From Octopus vulgaris (Eukaryota), in NCBI GenBank assembly GCA_951406725.2, contig OX597814.1, positions 29,078,001 to 29,142,000 on the forward strand: a stretch of DNA of 64,000 bases. The letters run 5' to 3'. Position numbers and translations under genes: made by a program. The number at the start of each line of letters is the position of its first letter. Positions within the stretch are counted from its first letter, which is position 1. Below are positions 57,196-64,000 of the stretch, piece after piece. The notes below the pieces were generated by a model, which saw only the letters and a list, made by a program, of their open reading frames with translations, made no database searches and was not told where the DNA came from.

Positions 57196-58452
57196 ACATT
57201 ATGAATATACACTTGCAGAATTAGACGTTTAATCTGGGAACAAGTCAAAGATAAACTAATGCAGGTGATCAAGTAAGTCTATTACTCTAGCACTAACAAC
57301 AATCAAGCAACGTAAAAGAGTAAACGAAGTTGAGAAAATCCTACTTACGGAGGCAGTCGACTGTCTCGCAATTTAATGGGTCTTACTGCTAGACAGGCGC
57401 TATTATTTTTCCTCCGAGTTATATTTACACATATATGTGTACATGTATATGCATATAAATGTATGTATGTATGTGTGTTATGTTGGTGTAACTTTGTATC
57501 CCATAAACCTGACACTTAGCAACAACTAAATTTTGCGTACTATTCAGTCAGATTACATCATTAAAAATATCTAGAAAATGCTTTCAAGTCGACATTTTAA
57601 TGGATATTCCAACCAATAAGGAAGGTAAGAGCTGCTTCCAGGCATCCATTTCCTGTTTTTATCAATCTCTGCTCATATTACACCTGTATTCTCACATTCC
57701 ATCCGGATGTGTTTGCTGGTCCATTAGACGGAAATAGACTTTCTGTGGACATTGGTCAGGCTTTTCTGTTACGAAATCAAGCCAGCTGTGAACCATACAC
57801 TTCTACCGAACAGTTATTGATTATGCTACATATACATAGGTATTGAGGCTCGTGAACATCGGATTTGTATTTATCTGATGTTCATGCATTTTCACAAGGG
57901 TTTAAATAATATATAAGGCTACATTGGCTCTCTTCGGAATGGAAACTGGGTGGCAGATTCGCATATCCAACATCTTAGATTCACAAAAATACAAATTATG
58001 TGTTACACCAAACACGAAAGATATATGTTCCCCTTCTAATTTAGCTATTTATCTACGTTGCTCTTCTTATATAATCACTCTTCTTTGCCTACGTTGTCTC
58101 TTTCTTTCTCTCTCTTTCTCTCTCTCTCTTTCACCTTCTCTCTCTCTCTCTCTCTCTTTTTTTTTTATCCTTTTCCAAACTTTCATTGCAAGTATAGCGT
58201 ACGCAGCTATCCGATTGGATAAGATAAATAAAAAATGGTCGAAGAGTCGACACATATCCTGCCCTCAGGACTCCATCGTGTCTGTATCCAGAACTCTCAA
58301 ACAGCCCTGTTAACTTCGTTGAAACAAATACTACAAAGTGGCTAATTTCACTTCCATACTCGAATCATTTCTCAAAATACATAGACATAAGCACTATAAG
58401 TTTGCGTGTATATGCACACACACACATATATATATATATACACACACATATA

Positions 58453-58518
<66 letters not shown>

Positions 58519-58521
<3 letters not shown>

Positions 58522-58797
58522 GGCGCACGGCTCAATGGTTAGAACGATTGGCTTAAAGGCATGATGTTATGAGTTCCATTCCCAGATCGAGCTGTGTGTT
58601 GTATTCTTGAGCAAGACAAGTTTATTTCGCATTGCTCCAGTTCATTCAGTTATAGAAATGAGTAGCGACGTCGGTGGCGTGGAGACTAGTATGAACTAGC
58701 GACAGTTGGTCTTCCATAAACAAACTTGCCTGGACTTGTGCCTCGGAGGGTAACTTTCTAGGTGCAATCCCATGGTCCTTCATGATCGAAAGAAGTC
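58519..58797 (+). mobile_element. Diverged SINE family D
   Basis: Head plus ggagggtaactttctaggtgcaatcccatggtc tail. Confidence 0.85.
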
Positions 58798-60344
58798 TAT
58801 CTTTAAATGTGTGTGTGAGTGTGTGTGTATGCGTGTGTGTGTGTGTGTGTATACTTGTCCTCTGGTCAATGACCTTCAGGCCCTAAACACGTCAGAGCAA
58901 TCTCCTTTACGAAAATTGTTTTACCGCCATGAATTTTACCGACATGAGTTTTAAGTTCCAGAGAGCAAGGCTTGCAAACTAAAATCTAACTACTTTGAAT
59001 TTACTTTAGATTTTCTCACAAACACTGCAAATTATGTGTGTGTGTGTGGGGGGGGTTAGATATAAAGGGTCACTTTGTCGAAAATAAGAAAAGTGTACAA
59101 CCCTATTCAATTAGGTACTTGTTTAATAAGGTACTTCAAAATAGCCTAAGAACTGAATGAAATAATTATAAATATAGCTACATAGATTATCCATAACATT
59201 GACAAGTTGATTGTAGGGATCTGATCTAAAAAATAATAATAATAAAGGAGCTTTAATGCTCTAATTAGGTAAATTAGCCGTAGAGTATTTTTATCATAAT
59301 GTTATGTTTTTTTATGAGACAGTAATTGTGAAATATATCTGGTTGTGAAATTTAATTCTTGTTGAGTGATTAGGTTGCTAACGAATTTCCCTTTTTGTAT
59401 GCTGTGAAAATATATAGAATCGGTAATTCGGTCATACGCTTAAAACACACAATATATGTGCGTGCACACACACGCGCGCGCACACACACACATAACAAAT
59501 AAGCACATAAATGTGAGTGAGAAAAATAGCACCCGAATACTGAAGATTCTCACTCTAAACTGTCCGTCGAACATGAACGTGAAGCTTTGAGTAGCAGTTT
59601 ATTGTGAAGTTTCTGCACCTTTAATAATAATAAAGTATATATTATTTATATTATAATCTAATTGAACGCCAGGCATCCATCTCCAATTAAGTTTATCTTA
59701 ACCTTTTTGATGCCATTCTACTCTATATTGCTTTCTCCCCCATCCTCTCTAATTCCCCTTTTCTCCCTTTCACCGTTTTCTCTCTCTCTCTCTCTCTCTC
59801 CCTCTCTCTCTCTCTCTCTCCTCTTTCTCTTTTTCTCTCTCGTTACTCACACGTGACCATCGCCCATCTTTCTTTTCCTCACGTTACCATCTTTCTTTCC
59901 TGCACAGACGTTCTAAGGACTGGACGTATCCTATCTCTCTCTTCTATCTTTCCTCTTTTCAACGAAAATATTTCTCTCAGCGTTCACTATTTTCCCCTCG
60001 TTCAGGTCTAACGATCCTCCATGTTTGTCTTCATTCGGTTCCCTTCAATGTTTCCACCGTCCTGCTTTTCTTCTCAATTTTGACCCTCCATAAATCCCAA
60101 ATTTCATTTTTATATTTATGGGAGCAACTGTTTTCGAAGACTCATATTGTCGTTGATGGCTTGAAATGAGGAGTAGATAGAGAGCCGATAAATGATGAAG
60201 GGTCATTCTTTGTATTACTTGTCTTGTTTTCCATTTTTCTCTCGTTATTTGCGTACTTAACTCATTTGTTTTCGTATTTCATGTTGTTTACTGTTGGTGA
60301 CGTCCTGTACCATATATATACGTGTATATATATATATATATACA

Positions 60345-60729
60345 ACGGGCTTCATTCAGTTTCCATCTACTAAATCCACTTTGGTCAGCCCGAGGGTATA
60401 TACTGCAGAAGACACTTGCACAAAATGTTATGTAGTGGGACTGAACCCGGAACCATGTGGTTGGGAGGAAGCAAGCCTCTTACCACAGAGCCAAGCCTGC
60501 GCCTATATATATATGTATGTGTATGTTCGTGTGTCTGTGTTTGATCCCACACCATTTCTTGACAACCGATGCTGGTGTGTTTACGTCCCCGTAACTTAGC
60601 GGTTCGGCAAAGTAGACCGATAGAATAAGTACTGGGCTTACAAAGAATAAATCCTGGGGTCGATTTGTTCAACTAAAGGCGGTACTCTAGCATGGCCGCA
60701 GTCAAATATCTGAAACAAATAAAAGACTA

Positions 60730-60730
<1 letters not shown>
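60345..60730. mobile_element. SINE family A with an inverted 5' half
   Basis: 60345-60503 is the 5' half on the minus strand; 60520-60730 is the 3' half on the plus strand. Confidence 0.8.
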
Positions 60731-60789
<59 letters not shown>

Positions 60790-60848
60790 CTAAACACACA
60801 CACACACATATATACATGCTTACATGAACATGTATACACATATATATA

Positions 60849-61082
60849 CCTATTTCTTTATTACCCACAAGAGGCTAAACATAGAGGGGACAAACAAGGA
60901 CAGACATAGGTATTAAGTCGATTACATCGACCCCAGTGCGTAACTGGTACTTTAATTTATCGACCCCGAAAGGATGAAAGGCAAAGTCGACCTCGGCGGA
61001 ATTTGAACTCAGAACGTAACGGCAGACGAAATACCGCAAAGCATTTCGCCCGGTGTGCTAACGTTTCTGCCAGCTCGCCGCC
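60849..61082 (-). mobile_element. SINE family B
   Basis: TSD catgtatacacatatatat. Confidence 0.92.
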
Positions 61083-61100
61083 ATGTATACACATATATAT

Positions 61101-61445
61101 CTTTTATCTTGTACTGATTTCAGCCTGCCGCTGAGGCCATGTTGGGGGATAGTTTTTTTGTGTGATTGGTTATTACCTCAGGCTTTCTGGATTTCTTTTC
61201 GGAATTGTTTCCGATGAATAACGATTTGGACAATACTGCTCTTCTTTGTGTTTCCTGGCGCGACATGGGTTCGTCGAGTGTCTCAGAGAAAACGTTTGTC
61301 CGCATGTTCCCTGAAAAATTCCACATCTACACCTCACAGATCTTTGAGGTTGTTTGGCAGAGGGTTGAAATGTTGTGAGCTCCTGAAACTCAAGCTACTG
61401 CAGGACTGGATCTTTATTCTAGATGTAGATGACGGACGTTTTGGT
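61101..61445 (-). mobile_element. 3' end of a CR1-like LINE
   Basis: Frameshifted ORF2 C-terminus SLSFRSSQHFNPLPNNLKDL ... DEPMSRQETQRRA..SKSL, then tail caacatggcctcagcggcaggctgaaatcagtacaaga. Confidence 0.7.
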
Positions 61446-61736
61446 AGTATATATATGTATGTATGTACAGTTGCGGCCAAAATGTTCAGAACGGCATTGT
61501 TTTCATCAGAAAAGTAAGTATAAGTTTTTATCAAAGTAGTTTTATATTCTATAATTTTCACTGACAATAAATACAATATGAATTGTTATTGGCTGAGATT
61601 CTGGTGTAATTTGAGAGGATAATACAAAAGTTATGGATGATTTAGTGATTTACTGCAAACCCATGGCGGCCAAAATGATCAGAACGGTTTAAAAAATAAC
61701 AAAATAATCAAAAATGACAGAGAATACTGGAATTAT

Positions 61737-63145
61737 TTAATATTTAGTGTGAAGCCCTTTAGCTTCAATCACACTCTGACATCCTCGACTGCATGAGGAA
61801 ATTAAATTTTCAATTTCTTGCTGGGTGATCTTATTCCATTCTTCCTGAAGGGCATTCCATAATTGCTCGGTTGTTTTAGGATTTCTGGCTTTCGAACGTT
61901 CTCCTAGAATATTCCATACATTTTCAATAGGATTGAGATCTGGGCTTTGAGCAGGCCAATCCATAACAATAACCTTTTCAGCCTTGAGGAAGTTCATGAC
62001 CACCTTAGCCTTGTGACATGGGGCATTGTCCTGCATGAATATGGGTGGTCGCTTAGTTGAATTTCTCAGCACAGGCAAGACATGATCTTTTACAAGTTGT
62101 TTATAAACTCCTGCAATTACCTTTCCATGTAATCGCACCAAAGGGCCCACACCATCTCCAGATATCATCCCCCAAACCATGACACTTCCTCCACCGAATT
62201 TAACACTAGTCTTAAGGCATTTAGGCGACAATTTTTCACCTACTTTTCTACGAACGTACCTTTTCCCATCTGAGCCAAATAACATAGATTCATCACTGAA
62301 ATGCACCGTTTGCCATTTTTCTTGAGACCACAACACATGTTCGGCTGCAAAGGTAAGACGACACTTTTTATTCTTGGAGCTGATCAGTGGCTTCACTGCA
62401 GGTGCTCTTGCTTGTAGGTCATGTTCAACTAAACGACGGGACAGTTTTTCGAGATAAAGTTTTCTTCAATACAATGCTCATTTCCCGAGAAACAGCAGCA
62501 GCAGTTTTAAATCTGTCCTTTTTAACCAACTTTACCATAGCACGATCTTCTCTCTTGGTCGTTTTTCTTGGCCTACCTGTAAACTTTCTTGCTTCACACG
62601 AACCACAGTCATCGTAGACCTTGTGGAAGCACTCCGTCGGTTACGACGATGAGGGTTCCGGTTGATCCGAATCAACGGAACAGCCTGCTCGTGAAATTAA
62701 CGTGTAAGTGGCTGAGCACTCCACAGACACGTGCACCCTTCACGTAGTTCTCGGGGGAATATTCAGCGTGACACAGAGAGTGACAAGGCCGGCCCTTTGA
62801 AATACAGGTACAACAGGAACAGGAAGTAAGAGTGAGAGAAAGTTGTGGTGAAAGAGTACAGCAGGGATCACCACCATCCCCTGCCGGAGACTCGTGGAGC
62901 TTTAGGTGTTTTCGCTCAATAAGCACTCACAACGCCCGGTCTGGGAATCGAAACCGTGATCCTATGACCGCGAGTCCGCTGCCCTAACCACTGGGCCATT
63001 TCGCCTCCACATCGTAGACCTTAAGAATACCGTGTACAACACTTTTTGACTTGTTAACAATCTTTGCAATAGATCCAATACTTAAATTATCCTTCCTTCG
63101 AAGCTTAATAATCTGCTGACGAATTGGTAACGGAGTAAGTGGCAT
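61737..63145 (-). pseudogene. Tc1 transposase disrupted by a SINE insertion and a frameshift near 62435
   Basis: MPLTPLPIRQQIIKLR..GRPRKTT..EDR (N-terminus); FSDES, VKFGGGSVMVWG, QDNAPCH..SPDLNPIENVW with a 34-residue D-E spacing. Confidence 0.92.
62623..63009 (-). mobile_element. SINE family C inserted in the Tc1 transposase
   Basis: 13-bp TSD catcgtagacctt at 62610-62622 and 63010-63022. Confidence 0.95.
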
Positions 63146-64000
63146 TATATTAACAAAGTACACTGCAAATATTCTTACTAATGTTTAGTAAACGAACCGT
63201 CACGTAAACAAATTCAAAACATTAGAGTTCGCCGGTTAAATATACTAAAACACGGAGTAAAAGCAACCGTTCTGATCATTTTGGCCGCCACTGTATGTAT
63301 GTATGTATGGATGGATGGATGGATGGATGCATATACATATATATATATAGAGAGAAAGAAATACATACATACATATTTGCTTAGGTACGTGAATTAATAC
63401 ATAACTATATGTACTTATGGTGGGGTCGTACATATTTATGTATGTGTATGTTTGCGTGTGTGCGTATGCACCGGCGAGTGTGTGTGTGTGTTGTATGTGC
63501 ATATGTATCAAATTCCAAACATATCCGTGAAGCAGTACCACAGGCCCAAATAAGTACCGGGGTTGTGTGATCGATTAAGAGCTTTAAAGTCAGTGCCCCA
63601 GCATGGCCGTGCGCCAACGACTGACATTTGTAAAACATATATATAAAAGAGCCCAAATGTCTCGATATTTCACACTGTTCAACATGCAGAAGCAAATACC
63701 ATTATTTCGCATTGCTGGCAGATTTTCTTTCAAGGCTGTACTTTCCAACAGTTATCTATATATTTGAGCTACCATTGTATATAAATAGATGCAAACACGT
63801 GTCCACAACCGCCATTTTATCGCCTTACAATAAACCAGTCATTTTCCTTCATGTTAACTTTCAAGAATTTTGATTCTTGATGTCATTTCCTCTTCTCATA
63901 TGGAGCTATTTTGTAAATGTGAAACATCCTTTACAGGCAGAGATAATTTTAAAAGGCAATAATTTTTTTTCTTTTGCATGATATTTCATATACCTTTGTT

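Larger units (their letters stand above)
61468..63293 (-). mobile_element. Full-length Tc1 (DD34E) transposon
   Basis: TA-flanked TIRs cagttgcggccaaaatgttcagaacgg and ccgttctgatcattttggccgccactg; inner direct repeat near 61665-61689. Confidence 0.95.

Overview
AT-rich, repeat-saturated eukaryotic DNA, most likely intergenic or intronic. The tRNA-headed SINE families and microsatellite load suggest an octopus or other coleoid cephalopod, but this is inferred, not checked. No host protein-coding gene can be recognised with confidence; almost all ORFs in the track are microsatellite or SINE translations. The window holds about 35 SINE copies from at least four families with shuffled heads and tails, six non-autonomous Helitrons, three Tc1/mariner relics (mariner fragment, DD41D, DD34E), a pogo/Tigger-type MITE, decayed Gypsy, RTE and CR1-like retroelements, a 2.3-kb 33-bp minisatellite and many SSRs. 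The most interesting signal is about nine type-I hammerhead-ribozyme-like motifs from several unrelated non-coding Penelope-like (PLE) elements, mostly embedded in (TA)n. These include a TSD-flanked element joining a Pol III tRNA-like head to a hammerhead/pLTR tail, and a 531-bp palindrome folded back on what appears to be a hammerhead stem-II loop. All coordinates were read by eye and may be off by a few bases.
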